A DNA stretch of 64,000 bases from an uncultured Chloroflexia bacterium (GTDB taxonomy: Bacteria; Chloroflexota; Limnocylindria; Limnocylindrales; CSP1-4). Positions 19,520-29,542 of the stretch are shown one piece after another; the stretch's first letter is position 1; each line of letters starts with the position of its first letter. A program made the position numbers and the translations under genes. The notes under the pieces are model-generated. The model made no database searches. It was not told where the DNA came from and worked only from the letters and a program-made list of their open reading frames with translations. The DNA lies in assembly GCA_963821235.1 (NCBI GenBank), contig CAWGCS010000001.1, forward strand, positions 510,751-574,750. The letters are read 5' to 3'.

Positions 19520-20650
19520 GATAGGAGCGTGGCTGCGCCCCAACTCAGCCGTGTCCGCCGACCGGTCCTCGGTCACCTCACACGAGGAGGAGACGGTGGA
19601 CATGGTGATCCTCGGTGCCGACCTGCACAAGCGCTGGCACACGGTCGTGGCCGTCAGCGAGACCGGCCGCAAGCTCGGCGAGCTGACGATCCCGGCAACC
19701 CCGGACGGGCACCTCGAGCTCCGCCGCTGGGCGGCGCGCTTCCCTGGCCGGCGCTGGGCTCTCAAGGACTGCCGGCACCTGAGCCGCCGGCTCGAGGTCG
19801 ACCTGCTCCGCTCGGGCGAGGCGGTCGTCCGGGTCCCGCCCAAGCTCATGGCCGGCGTCCGGCGCTCGGTGCGTGAGCCCGGCAAGAGCGACCCGATCGA
19901 TGCCCTCGCCGTCGCCCAGGCCGCGCTGCGCGAGCCCGGCCTCCCGGTCGCCACGCTCGACGGCCCCGAGCGCGCGCTCCGGCTGCTCGTCGATCACCGC
20001 GAGGACCTCGTCGCCGAGCGCACCCGGCACATGCAGCGGTTGCGCTGGCACCTGCTCGACCTCGGCATCGCGGAGCCCGGTCCCCGATCGCTCGACCGGG
20101 CGGTCGTCCTGGCGGATCTCGAGGGCCGGCTGGCCGGCCGCACCGAGCCTGCCGCGCGCCTGGCCCGCGACCTCCTCGGCCGGGTGCGCGACCTGACGGC
20201 GGCGATCCGGCCGCTCGAGCGCGAGGTCGAGACCTTGGTCGCGGCCCTCGCCCCGACCCTGCTCGCCCTGCCGGGCTGCGGTCCGCTGACCGCGGGCAAG
20301 ATCGTGGGCGAGACGGCGGGCATGCGCCGCTTCCGCTCCAAGGAGGCCTTCGCCCGCCACAACGGCAGTGCCCCCGTCCCGGTCTGGTCGGGCAACGTCA
20401 CCCGGTTCCGCCTTTCACGGGGCGGCAACCGACAGCTCAACCTCGCCCTTCACCGGATCGCCATCACCCAGATGCGGATCGACGAGCGCGGCCGGGCCTA
20501 CCTTGAGCACCGACGGGCCGTCGGCGACACGAAGACCGAGGCCATCCGGGCGCTGCGGAGGAGGATCAGCGACGAGGTGTTCCGGCGCCTGCGAGCCGAC
20601 GAGGCAGCCCGGGTGACGCCCCTGGCCGTCGCGGCTTGACATAGGAGCAA
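19520..20650 (+). mobile_element. IS110-family insertion sequence (ends approximate)
   Basis: The transposase is wedged between the anti-sigma factor stop (19335) and the MBL-fold gene start (20654). A shared motif TTGA(C)ATAGGAGC occurs at about 19519-19531 and about 20637-20650. IS110 elements lack terminal inverted repeats, so the boundaries are inferred only. Confidence 0.45.
19602..20639 (+). CDS. IS110-family transposase
   Basis: N-terminal DEDD/RuvC-like region (MVILGADLHKRWHTVVAV) and a C-terminal IS110 Transposase_20 region (LLALPGCGPLTAGKIVGE). A strong RBS (GAGGAGGAGACGGTGGAC) precedes the ATG. Confidence 0.9.
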   Translation: MVILGADLHKRWHTVVAVSETGRKLGELTIPATPDGHLELRRWAARFPGRRWALKDCRHLSRRLEVDLLRSGEAVVRVPPKLMAGVRRSVREPGKSDPIDALAVAQAALREPGLPVATLDGPERALRLLVDHREDLVAERTRHMQRLRWHLLDLGIAEPGPRSLDRAVVLADLEGRLAGRTEPAARLARDLLGRVRDLTAAIRPLEREVETLVAALAPTLLALPGCGPLTAGKIVGETAGMRRFRSKEAFARHNGSAPVPVWSGNVTRFRLSRGGNRQLNLALHRIAITQMRIDERGRAYLEHRRAVGDTKTEAIRALRRRISDEVFRRLRADEAARVTPLAVAA

Positions 20651-20653
20651 CCC

Positions 20654-21406
20654 ATGGAGCTCCTCGTCGTCGGGTCGGGCTCGGCCTATCCGGACCGGCC
20701 CGGCACGGCCTCCAGCGCCTACGTCGTCGCCATCGGGGAGGAGTGCATCTGCCTGGATCTCGGCCAGGGCGCCTTCGCCGGCCTGGCGGGGCGCCTGGAG
20801 CCGAGCTCGCTCCTGGCCGTCGTCGTCAGCCACCTCCACCCCGACCACTTCGTGGACCTGGTGGCCCTCCGGCACTACCTTCGCTACGAGTTCTCGCCGC
20901 CGCGCCGCGTGCGCGTCGTCGCCCCAGCGGGCCTTGCCGGCCGGCTGGACGCCCTCCTGGCCGAGCCCGGATTCGCCTCCCAGGCGCTCGATGTCGAGCC
21001 GCGTCGCGCCGGGCGGATGCGGGTCGGGCCGTTCGACCTCGAGAGCGTCCTCGTCCGGCACACGAACGAGAGCTACGCCGTCCGGATCTCACCCGCGAGC
21101 GATCCCGAGGCGCCCGCCCTCGTCTTCTCCGGCGATTGCGGGCGGGCCGCCGACCTGGTGCCGCTCGTGCGGGCCGGCGACACGCTCCTGAGCGAGGTCG
21201 CCTTCGGGGCCGGGCCGGTTCCCGTCGGCGATCTCCACCTCGACGGGCCGTCGGTGGGCGCGCTCGCGGCGGCGACGCGACCCGGCCGCGTCCTGCTCAC
21301 CCACCTCCAGCTTGGACGCGACCCGGCAGCCACGGTCGCCACTGTCCGAGCTGCCTATGAGGGCCCGGTCGCACTCGTCGCGGACGGCGACCGCTTCACG
21401 ATCTGA
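20654..21406 (+). CDS. MBL-fold metallo-hydrolase
   Basis: Carries the HxHxDH motif (VVVSHLHPDHFVD) and downstream conserved His/Asp residues. Confidence 0.75.
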   Translation: MELLVVGSGSAYPDRPGTASSAYVVAIGEECICLDLGQGAFAGLAGRLEPSSLLAVVVSHLHPDHFVDLVALRHYLRYEFSPPRRVRVVAPAGLAGRLDALLAEPGFASQALDVEPRRAGRMRVGPFDLESVLVRHTNESYAVRISPASDPEAPALVFSGDCGRAADLVPLVRAGDTLLSEVAFGAGPVPVGDLHLDGPSVGALAAATRPGRVLLTHLQLGRDPAATVATVRAAYEGPVALVADGDRFTI

Positions 21407-21535
21407 GTCGGGTCCGCGTCCCATTCCTTCGCCTCCGGTCCGGGCTCTCGTGTCCGGGCCCTGGACACGGAGAAGCCGGGACCCGAAGGTCCCGGCTTCT
21501 GCCTCCGTCTCGGGGACGGCGAACGTGGGGCCGGC

Positions 21536-22810
21536 CTAGCTGCGGCGGCGAGCCCGTGCCGGGGAGGCCGGGGTCAGGAGCAGGACCGTGGCGAGGAGTC
21601 CCGCCAGGGCCAGGAGGGCGATCCGCCAGGCCCCCGCATCGGGACCGGCCGGGCTGCCCGGCACGGTCGCGGTGGGCGGCGGGGTGATGTGCGGGCGGCT
21701 GGTGACGGCCTCGACGATTCCCGTCGGGCTGGCCGTGGCGGCCTCGACGGTTGCGGTCGGGGTCGCCGTCGGCGGCTCCGTGGGCGGGGTGGTCGGCGGG
21801 GTGGTCGGCGGGGTCGTGGGCGGGGTCGTCGGGGGCTCCGTGGGTGGCGGGGGCTCCGTGGGCGGGGTCGTGGGCGGCTCGGTTGGCGGGGTCGTCGGGG
21901 GCTCCGTGGGCGGCGGGGGCTCGGCGACGTTGTAGGCGATGCAGGTGATGGCGTCCTCACCATTCCAGCCGAAGACGCCCTCGAGGTTGTCGCCGTTGAG
22001 GATGTCGCTGTAGCAGCGCAGGGCGCCGAAGTCGTAGCCGGCCTGGACCTCCTCGAGCACGACGACGCCGGTGTCCCAGGTCCCGTTCTTGACGAGGTCG
22101 GCGTTGGCGCCGCTGAGGTTGACGACGACCGAGCCGTCGGGGCCCGTCGTCGGCGAGGTGATGACGGCGCCCTGGTACTGGGCGGTCAAGGTGAACTGCC
22201 AGCCCGGCTGGGCGGTGCAGCTCGCGGGCACATCCGTGGCGTGGTCCACGAGGCTGATCCCGTACGAGGTGTCGAGCTCGCCGCCATGGCCGCCCGTGTC
22301 GTCCTGGCTGGTCGGCGCCTGGTTGGCCGGGATGACGTCGTACGACGGGCAGATGTACTTCCAGAGGGTGATGTCGACGCTCGACGGCGGGGTCGTCGGC
22401 GGGGTCGTCGGTTGCTCGCAGGCGTCGATCGCCAGGTTGAAGGTCCTGCTCCAGCTCGGGTTCGAGGGGGCGTCCCAGGCGACCACGGTGACCGTGGCCG
22501 TGTGCGCGACGGTCTTGTCGGCGATGGGATACGTCTGCGTGAACGAGCTGCCGAAGTGGAACGGCGAGCCGGCCAGCTCCACGCCGTCGATCCAGATGGC
22601 GACCGTGTTGTCGGCGGGGTGATCGGCGTTCGTCACGTAGGCGGTCAGGTTGACCCACAGCCCGCTCTGGCAGGTGAGGGTCGCCTGCGGCGTGTGGCCG
22701 AGGACGGTGGCCGGCGAGGCGAAGAGCGCGGACAGGGTGAGCGCCGCAACGGCAAGCCAGCCGAGACGGCGGAACGTGGAGGCGCGTCGTCGCGCCCGCT
22801 GTGCGTGCAT
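21536..22810 (-). CDS. secreted Pro/Thr-repeat protein with C-terminal hydrophobic anchor
   Basis: Signal peptide (LGWLAVAALTLSALFASPATVLG), a beta-rich N-domain, a long (PTTPPTEPPTT)n linker, and a C-terminal hydrophobic segment (IALLALAGLLATVLLL) followed by a basic tail. Start was set at the internal ATG (MHAQRA). Confidence 0.55.
   Translation of the reverse strand: MHAQRARRRASTFRRLGWLAVAALTLSALFASPATVLGHTPQATLTCQSGLWVNLTAYVTNADHPADNTVAIWIDGVELAGSPFHFGSSFTQTYPIADKTVAHTATVTVVAWDAPSNPSWSRTFNLAIDACEQPTTPPTTPPSSVDITLWKYICPSYDVIPANQAPTSQDDTGGHGGELDTSYGISLVDHATDVPASCTAQPGWQFTLTAQYQGAVITSPTTGPDGSVVVNLSGANADLVKNGTWDTGVVVLEEVQAGYDFGALRCYSDILNGDNLEGVFGWNGEDAITCIAYNVAEPPPPTEPPTTPPTEPPTTPPTEPPPPTEPPTTPPTTPPTTPPTTPPTEPPTATPTATVEAATASPTGIVEAVTSRPHITPPPTATVPGSPAGPDAGAWRIALLALAGLLATVLLLTPASPARARRRS
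21750..21930 (-). repeat. low-complexity tandem repeats encoding a PTTPPTEPP linker
   Basis: On the plus strand this reads as repeated GGGGTCGTGGGCGG/GGTGGTCGGCGG units. Boundaries are approximate. Confidence 0.6.
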
Positions 22811-23138
22811 CGATCCATACCCCGAGACGTGCGGCTGGGAGATGTGCCGCGGATGATTCCGTGCGTCTCGGGTTCCCCGCGACCAGATGAGTCGGTCGCC
22901 CCCGGACGGCCATCCCATCCTCTTGGAGGCGCCAGTACTCGTCCAGTACCGCTGCTCGCGCCTATCCGTACCGGACCCCACCAGACCGTCGCCACGGTTC
23001 GGGATGCGGTGCGAGATCGCACCGGATGAGGGTGGTACCTGCCCGGACCGACGGGGGATGCACGCCAGGTACTTCCGTCCGGGCCGTCTGACGCCGGGGC
23101 CCGGGACCTGCCCGTCGGCCGGTCGGTGCTCCGCTAGG

Positions 23139-24863
23139 ATGGGCTCGATGGATGAGCGCGCCCCCGGCCCGACCTCCCTGCGAGCCCGTGCCCGCGACGC
23201 GGTGGCCGCCGCCTGGGCGCGCGCCGTCGCCTCCAGCTCGCTCCCCGCCGCGAGCGGCGCGATGGAGCTGCCCGCGGTGGAGATCGAGCGGCCGGCGAAT
23301 CCCGATCACGGGGACCTGGCGACCGGCCTGGCGATGAAGCTGGCGCGGCCCTACCGGATGCCGCCCCTCCGGATCGCGGAGGCGATCGCGGCCGAGCTGG
23401 CGGCCGCGGCGGGCGCCGATCGCTCGCCCATCGCCTCGGTCGAGGTGGCGCCCCCGGGCTTCCTGAACCTGCAGCTCGCCGACGCTGCCCTGGAGGGTGT
23501 CGTGGCCGGCGTGCTGGCCGAGCCCGCGGCCTGGGGCCGCGTCCGGGCCGCGCATCCACGGCGCGTCAACGTGGAGTTCGTCTCCGCCAATCCGACCGGG
23601 CCCCTCCACATCGGCAACGCCCGGGGCGCGTTCGTCGGCGACCTGCTCTGTCGCGTCCTCGAGGCGGCCGGCCACGAGGTGACCCGCGAGTACTACTTCA
23701 ACGACTTCGGGGCCCAGGTGCGGAACCTCGGCGCGTCGGTCGTGGCCATCCGCCGTGGCACGGAGGTCCCCGAGGACGGCTATCGGGGCGCGTATGTCCA
23801 CGACCTGGCCCACGAGATCCCGGCCGACGTGGCGGCGGCCGCGGAGGCGGCCGGCGAGGGCGGGGAGCGTGATGCGGCCTGGATCGTCGGCGAGTGGGCC
23901 TCAGAGCGAGTCCGAGCCGGGATCGAGGCCTCGCTCGCGACGCTCGGCGTCCGCTTCGACGTCTGGAAGAGCGAGGGCTCCCTCTATCGCGAGGGCTGGG
24001 TCGAGCGTGCCGTCGGCCGCCTGCGCGCGTCGGGCCATCTCTACGAGCAGGATGGCGCCCTCTGGTTCCGCTCGACCGACTTCGGGGACGACAAGGACCG
24101 GGTGGTCCGCAAGTCGAACGGCGACTACACCTACTTCGGCTCGGACATCGGCTACGTCGTGGAGAAGTTCAGCCGCGGCTTCGACCACCTCGTCTACATC
24201 TGGGGCGCCGACCACCACGGGACGGTGGCCCGGCTGCGGAACGCCGCCGAGGCGATGGGCTTCGACCGGGCGGCGGTCCAGATGGTCCTCATGGCCTGGG
24301 TCCGCTTCGTCCGCGACGGCGTCGAGGTCTCGATGTCGAAGCGGGCCGGCGAGTTCATCACCCTCGACGAGCTCCTGGCCGAGATCGGCGTGGACGCGGC
24401 GCGCTGGTTCTTCGCCGCCCGCGGCCACACCGTCGGCATCGACTTCGACATCGAGCTGGCCAAGAAGCAGTCGAACGAGAACCCCGTCTACTACGTCCAG
24501 TACGCCCACGCCCGGATCGCCTCCATCCTGCGCAAGGCGGCCGAGGCGGGCCTGGCGCCGGACGCCGGCGTGACGGCCGGCTCCCTGGGCGACTCGGCGA
24601 CGCCGGAGGGGGCGCTGGGCCGGGTGCTGGCCCGCTACCCGGACGTCATCGAGGACGCCGCGGCGGCCGAAGAGACCCAGGGCGTGACCGCCTTCGCGAC
24701 CGAGCTGGCCACGCAGTTCCACGCCTTCTACCGGGACGCGCGGGTGGTGGACCCCGGCGAGCCGGCCCGCTCGCGGTCGCGCCTCGCCCTCGTGCGGGCG
24801 ACTCAGCTCACCCTGGCAAGCGCGCTCGCCCTGCTCGGGATCTCGGCCCCGGAAGCGATGTAG
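23139..24863 (+). CDS. argS: arginine--tRNA ligase
   Basis: Class I aaRS with the HIGN motif (PTGPLHIGNARGAFVGD) and an ArgRS-type KMSK-like region (SMSKRAGEF), plus a DALR anticodon-binding C-terminus. Confidence 0.9.
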   Translation: MGSMDERAPGPTSLRARARDAVAAAWARAVASSSLPAASGAMELPAVEIERPANPDHGDLATGLAMKLARPYRMPPLRIAEAIAAELAAAAGADRSPIASVEVAPPGFLNLQLADAALEGVVAGVLAEPAAWGRVRAAHPRRVNVEFVSANPTGPLHIGNARGAFVGDLLCRVLEAAGHEVTREYYFNDFGAQVRNLGASVVAIRRGTEVPEDGYRGAYVHDLAHEIPADVAAAAEAAGEGGERDAAWIVGEWASERVRAGIEASLATLGVRFDVWKSEGSLYREGWVERAVGRLRASGHLYEQDGALWFRSTDFGDDKDRVVRKSNGDYTYFGSDIGYVVEKFSRGFDHLVYIWGADHHGTVARLRNAAEAMGFDRAAVQMVLMAWVRFVRDGVEVSMSKRAGEFITLDELLAEIGVDAARWFFAARGHTVGIDFDIELAKKQSNENPVYYVQYAHARIASILRKAAEAGLAPDAGVTAGSLGDSATPEGALGRVLARYPDVIEDAAAAEETQGVTAFATELATQFHAFYRDARVVDPGEPARSRSRLALVRATQLTLASALALLGISAPEAM

Positions 24864-24913
24864 GAGCGGGCCGGTCGCCCGCGCCCGCCTACCATCGGGC
24901 CCGGCGGCGATCG

Positions 24914-26245
24914 TCAGGGCAGGGCGCGGATCGCCGCCTCCAGCGTATCGAGCGTGGTTGCGTCGCTCGCCGCCAGGACGACCACCCGGTCGGCCTGCGC
25001 CGCGGCACTCGCCTGCTGGACGACCACGCGTGCCGCGCCGGGGAGGCTCGCCGCCGCCTTCGTGGCCGCCGCCTGGAACGCGTCCGCGTCGGCCTGCGTG
25101 TCCCAGGACGTCACGAGCGCGAGGGCGTGCTTCCCGTCCGGGCCCCGCAGGTAGGCCAGCCGGTCACCGCCCCAGCCCGCGGCCGCCGCCGACGCGTCGA
25201 GCGCAAGCACGCCGTTCTGGCGGAGCCAGACCGAGAGCTGGAACTCGCCGAGGGTGTCCTCCGGCGTCCCGCTCCAGCCCGCGCCGAGCGCCGAGACGAT
25301 CGGGTCCTCGTCGAGCGCGACGGCGACCGGCTTCTCGTCGGCCTGGTACTTCGCGGGATGGAGGACCTGCTCCGTCGAATCGGGCAGCCGCCCGTAGGCC
25401 CGATCGACCGCCTCCCAGCCGCCGCTGGCCCACAGGCTGTTCACGAAGATCACGCCCTGCTGGTAGGGGAAGAGCAAGGTCTCGCGGAGGATCGCCGGCA
25501 GGGCCTCCAGCTGGGCCTGCGCCGCCGGATCGACCTTGAGCAGCTCCTGGAGGTCGGCGGCCGTGAGATTCTGGCTCAGCCAGCGGGTCATGAGGAGCGT
25601 CGCATCGCCCTCGACGAGGGCGAGCCGACCGAGCGAGCGGTCGCCCTGGCCGACGGCGTCGACGTCGATCCCCTGCAGCCCGAGGTCCTGGTCCTGGAGG
25701 GCGTGGGTGAACTCGTGGGCGAAGGTGACCTTCTCGGTCGCCCCGATCGTGCCCGACCGGGAGACCACGAAGAGCTGCTTGGCCTCGGGATCGTAGAAGC
25801 CGGCCACCTGCGAGCCGAGCATGTCGACATACAGCTGCCCCAGCGAGGCGCCGGCCGGGAGGAGCCCGAGCGCCTGGAGCGTCTCCTCGGCGACGGCGAC
25901 CTCGTCGGGCGGGTTGTCCTTCTCGAACTGCGCCTTGAGCCGCGCCTTGACCTGGTCCTCGGTCAGGATGGTCGGCTCGAGACGCTGCTTCGCCTGCAGG
26001 CCCCGCTCGGCGATGACCTGGTCCTCGATCTCGCGGTAGAGGGCGGCCTGGTCGACGCTGGCCGCGGGCGTGGCCGAGGGCGACGCGGTGGGGGTCGGGC
26101 GGGCCGTGGAGGTCGGCATGGGGGCGGCGCTGGCGGTGGTCGTGGCCGAGGGCGCGGTGTTGCCGCACCCGGCGACGAGGACCAGGGTCGCCGCGATCGC
26201 CGCGAGGGTGGAGGCACGCCGGATCGGTCGGCTCATGGCGGCCAT
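24914..26245 (-). CDS. lipoprotein with HExxH zinc-metallopeptidase motif (putative secreted metalloprotease)
   Basis: Lipobox (LVLVAGC|GN), a Pro/Thr/Ala/Ser linker, and an HEFTHALQD zinc-binding motif with a downstream E. Confidence 0.6.
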   Translation of the reverse strand: MAAMSRPIRRASTLAAIAATLVLVAGCGNTAPSATTTASAAPMPTSTARPTPTASPSATPAASVDQAALYREIEDQVIAERGLQAKQRLEPTILTEDQVKARLKAQFEKDNPPDEVAVAEETLQALGLLPAGASLGQLYVDMLGSQVAGFYDPEAKQLFVVSRSGTIGATEKVTFAHEFTHALQDQDLGLQGIDVDAVGQGDRSLGRLALVEGDATLLMTRWLSQNLTAADLQELLKVDPAAQAQLEALPAILRETLLFPYQQGVIFVNSLWASGGWEAVDRAYGRLPDSTEQVLHPAKYQADEKPVAVALDEDPIVSALGAGWSGTPEDTLGEFQLSVWLRQNGVLALDASAAAAGWGGDRLAYLRGPDGKHALALVTSWDTQADADAFQAAATKAAASLPGAARVVVQQASAAAQADRVVVLAASDATTLDTLEAAIRALP

Positions 26246-26534
26246 TCTGGCACGAGGCTCGCGGATGGCGGTTTCTTAACCTCGCCCAGCATTGCTCCTG
26301 AACACGCGCCGCCTACTCTCTTCCGCAGGACCTGCGGGATCGAGTCGATCCCTCCGACTCCCACAGATCCGCCCTCCCTCCCTCAGACCGGGGGCGCCAA
26401 TGGGCAGGCGCCCCCGGTCTCCTCGTCTCCGGGGCGTCGGCCCGTCGGCAGTCGCGTGGCGGGCCGGCGATGGCGGCGCCGGGACGCTCGGGACGGGAAG
26501 GCCGGGTGCAGCCGCCCGTGGCAGAATCCTCGTC

Positions 26535-27209
26535 ATGGAACTCACGTGGTACGGGCGCACCTGCATCCGCCTCAAGGGCCGGGATGCCGTCGTGGTCGCG
26601 GATCCCTACCAGGCGGTCGTCGGGCCGACCGGCCGCGGCATCACCGGCGACATCGTGACCTACAGCCACCCTGACGACGCCCCGCTGCCCAGGGCGAAGG
26701 GGCGGACGACCCGCGACGGGGCGACCCACCTCCCCTCGAGCCTCGACGACGCCTTCGTCCTCGACGGCCCCGGTGAGTACGAGATCAAGCACGTCCTCGT
26801 CAACGGGGTGCGGACCTTCCGCGACGAGAAGCGGGGGGTGGAGCGGGGACGCAACGTGGCGTTCGTGACCGAGCTCGACGGCGTGCACGTGATCCATCTC
26901 GGCGACATCGCCCACACGCTGACCGAGGAGAAGCTCGGCGAGATCGGCAGCGTGGACGTGGCCTGCGTGCCGGTCGGGGGCCAGCTGTCCCCGACCAAGG
27001 CCGCCGCCCTCGTCGCCCAGCTCGACCCGAAGATCGTCGTGCCGATGCCGGTCTGCGATGACGACGCAGCCTGCGACGCGATCCTCGCCAAGTTCTTCCA
27101 CGAGATGGGCACCACGGCGAGCGAGCCGCAGCCGCGCCTCTCCATCACGTCGAGCGGCCTTCCCGAAGAGACGACGACCGTCCTTCTCGAGTCGCGCGGC
27201 AAGGTCTAG
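26535..27209 (+). CDS. MBL-fold metal-dependent hydrolase (UPF0173/UlaG-like)
   Basis: Begins MELTWYGRTCIRL. Has the DIVTYSHPDD and HLGDIAH beta-lactamase-fold motifs. Confidence 0.7.
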   Translation: MELTWYGRTCIRLKGRDAVVVADPYQAVVGPTGRGITGDIVTYSHPDDAPLPRAKGRTTRDGATHLPSSLDDAFVLDGPGEYEIKHVLVNGVRTFRDEKRGVERGRNVAFVTELDGVHVIHLGDIAHTLTEEKLGEIGSVDVACVPVGGQLSPTKAAALVAQLDPKIVVPMPVCDDDAACDAILAKFFHEMGTTASEPQPRLSITSSGLPEETTTVLLESRGKV

Positions 27210-28543
27210 CCGCCGGCGACGATCCGCCCGCCGGCGACGACCACCCGCACGAGGTCCGCGCCGGCCCAGTACGGGATCTGCCCGAGCGTCGGCACGTCCC
27301 AGACGACGAGATCGGCCCGCAGCCCCGGGGCGATGGCTCCCCGGTCGGCCAGGCCCAGGGCCGCTGCGGCGTTGACCGTCGTTGCGGCGAGCGCCTCGGC
27401 GGGGTCCAGGCGAAGGGTCACCACGGCCGAGGCCATCGCCAGGGGCAGGCTCGTCACGGGCGAGGTCCCCGGGTTGAAGTCCGTGCCGAGCGCGACGGGC
27501 ACGCCGGCCCGGATGAGCTCGCGGGCGGGCTCGCGCGCCGCGAGGCCCAGGAACCACGGCACGGTCGGCAGGAGGACCGCGACGACCGGCCTGCCGCCGT
27601 CCGCGACGCGGGCCAGCGCCTCGATCCCCCGCGCTGACGGCGCGCCGAGGTGGTCGACCGAGAGTGCGCCCAGCTCCGCCGCGAGCTCGGCACCGCCGGA
27701 GGGTGACAGCTCGTCTGCGTGGAGCCGGACCGCGAGGCCGAGCTGCCTGGCGGCCAGCAGGATCCGGCGCGACTGCTCGACGGAGAAGACCCCGGTCTCG
27801 CAGAAGACATCGCAGGAACGGGCGATCCCCTGGGCCGCCACGGCCGGGAGCTGCTCCCCGATCACCGCGGCCACGTACGCCTCGGTCGCGGCCGCCGGAT
27901 CGCCCGGGTGGGCCGCCCGGACCTCGGGCGGGACGGCATGGGCGCCGAGGAAGGTCGGGATCACGTCGACGGGGCCACCGGCGGCGAGCCGGCCGGCGAT
28001 GGCCAGCAGGCGCAGCTCCGTCGCGACGTCGAGGCCATAGCCGGACTTCGCCTCGACCGTCGTCGTCCCGGTCCGCAGCATCTGGCCGAGCCAGTGCCGC
28101 CCGCGCTCGTAGAGGGCCGCGTCCGGGGCGGCGCGGGTGGCGCGGACGGTCGAGAGGATGCCGCCGCCGGCGGCGAGGATCTCCAGGTAGGTGGCGCCGC
28201 GGGCCCGCATCGCCACCTCGTCCTCGCGCGATCCGGCGAAGACGAGGTGTGTATGGGGGTCGACGAGGCCGGGCGTGACGGTGGCCCCCGTCGCGTCGAG
28301 GCGCTCGATCCCGGCGGGATCGCGGCCCGCCCCCTCGAGCGCGGCGGCCAGGGCGCCGGCGACCTCGCCGGCCGGCCCGACGGCGACGATGCGGCCGTCG
28401 AGGCAGGCCACCGCCGTCCCCGGCGGGGCGACGGCCGGCTCTGCCTGCCCGGGCCCCCGGCGAAGCCCGCCGCCGAGGGTCGCGACCTCGGCCGCGCCGA
28501 GGACGAGGAGCCCGCGCCGAGCGGCGTCGCCGGCGTGGGCCAT
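27206..28543 (-). CDS. hutI: imidazolonepropionase
   Basis: Amidohydrolase-fold HutI motifs (GLVDPHTHLVFAG, the TTVEAKSGYGLD region, RLHADE, GTDFNPG). Confidence 0.9.
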   Translation of the reverse strand: MAHAGDAARRGLLVLGAAEVATLGGGLRRGPGQAEPAVAPPGTAVACLDGRIVAVGPAGEVAGALAAALEGAGRDPAGIERLDATGATVTPGLVDPHTHLVFAGSREDEVAMRARGATYLEILAAGGGILSTVRATRAAPDAALYERGRHWLGQMLRTGTTTVEAKSGYGLDVATELRLLAIAGRLAAGGPVDVIPTFLGAHAVPPEVRAAHPGDPAAATEAYVAAVIGEQLPAVAAQGIARSCDVFCETGVFSVEQSRRILLAARQLGLAVRLHADELSPSGGAELAAELGALSVDHLGAPSARGIEALARVADGGRPVVAVLLPTVPWFLGLAAREPARELIRAGVPVALGTDFNPGTSPVTSLPLAMASAVVTLRLDPAEALAATTVNAAAALGLADRGAIAPGLRADLVVWDVPTLGQIPYWAGADLVRVVVAGGRIVAGG

Positions 28544-29502
28544 CAGTCGCCGGCCGCCCGCGCCAGGCGGAGCTCGAGGGCCATGAGCGGCGACGCGTCG
28601 CGCAGCCTCAGGAATCGACCGGCCGCCAGGACGCGCTCCGCGGGAGCCGCGTCGGCCGGCGCGCCGGCGTGCTCCGCGACGGCGTCGAGCGCCGCCAGCG
28701 GCGCCAGCCCGATCAGCTCCGACTCGGCGAGCTCGACGCGGTCGGCCTGCGCCTCCGCCCGAACCGTCTCCCAGACCAGCCAGAGCGGGGTACGCCCGAA
28801 GTCCAGGACGTTCATCGAGACCTGGGCGCAGCCGAGCTCGTCGATGAAGAAGCCTTTCGCCTGGATCGCCGGGAGCCCGCCCGACGACTCGCGGATTCGA
28901 TGGGCGATCCGCCTCGCCAGGTCGACGTCGGGCGAGGCGAGGTTGATGTTGTAGGCGATGAGGAAGGGGCGCGCCCCGACGCAGGTCGCCCCTCCCCGCG
29001 GATGGGTGCGCGCCGGCCCGAAGTCGGGCTCGCGGCCGCGGGTGGCGATCTCGGTCCGGAGGCCCTCGTACTGGCCGCGCCGCAGGTCGGCCAGCTTCAC
29101 CCGGTCGGGTCGGGTCGCTGCTGCGGCGTAGAGGTAGATGGGGAGGTCGAAGCGCGCTGCGATGCGCCGGCCGAAGGCCCGCGCGTACCCGACGCACTCC
29201 TCGAGGGTCGTCTCGCCGAGCGGCACGAAGGGGACGACGTCGACGGCCCCGATCCGCGGATGCTCCCCGACCTGCTGCTCCATGTCGATCTCGCGGAGGG
29301 CGACGCCGACGAGCCGCTCCAGGGCGTCCGCGACCGCGTCGCTCTCCCCGGCGACGGTGAAGACGCTGCGGTTGTGGCTGGCATCGCTGGTCCGGTCGAG
29401 GAGCTGGGCGCCGGGCACCGATTCGAGGGCCGTGGCCAGGCGGTCGACGACCTCGGGCCGGCGGCCCTCCGACACGTTGGGGACAGACTCGACGAGCGCC
29501 AC
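28543..29502 (-). CDS. ftcD: glutamate formimidoyltransferase (stand-alone transferase domain of FtcD)
   Basis: N-terminus VESVPNVSEGRR is the hallmark of the formiminotransferase domain. The start overlaps the hutI stop in an ATGA arrangement. Start was set at the GTG (VALVES) to avoid a head-on overlap with the divergent MFS gene start. Confidence 0.8.
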   Translation of the reverse strand: MALVESVPNVSEGRRPEVVDRLATALESVPGAQLLDRTSDASHNRSVFTVAGESDAVADALERLVGVALREIDMEQQVGEHPRIGAVDVVPFVPLGETTLEECVGYARAFGRRIAARFDLPIYLYAAAATRPDRVKLADLRRGQYEGLRTEIATRGREPDFGPARTHPRGGATCVGARPFLIAYNINLASPDVDLARRIAHRIRESSGGLPAIQAKGFFIDELGCAQVSMNVLDFGRTPLWLVWETVRAEAQADRVELAESELIGLAPLAALDAVAEHAGAPADAAPAERVLAAGRFLRLRDASPLMALELRLARAAGD

Positions 29503-29542
29503 CTCGCTATCGTGGCACACCGATCCGGTATCGTGGCCGACC

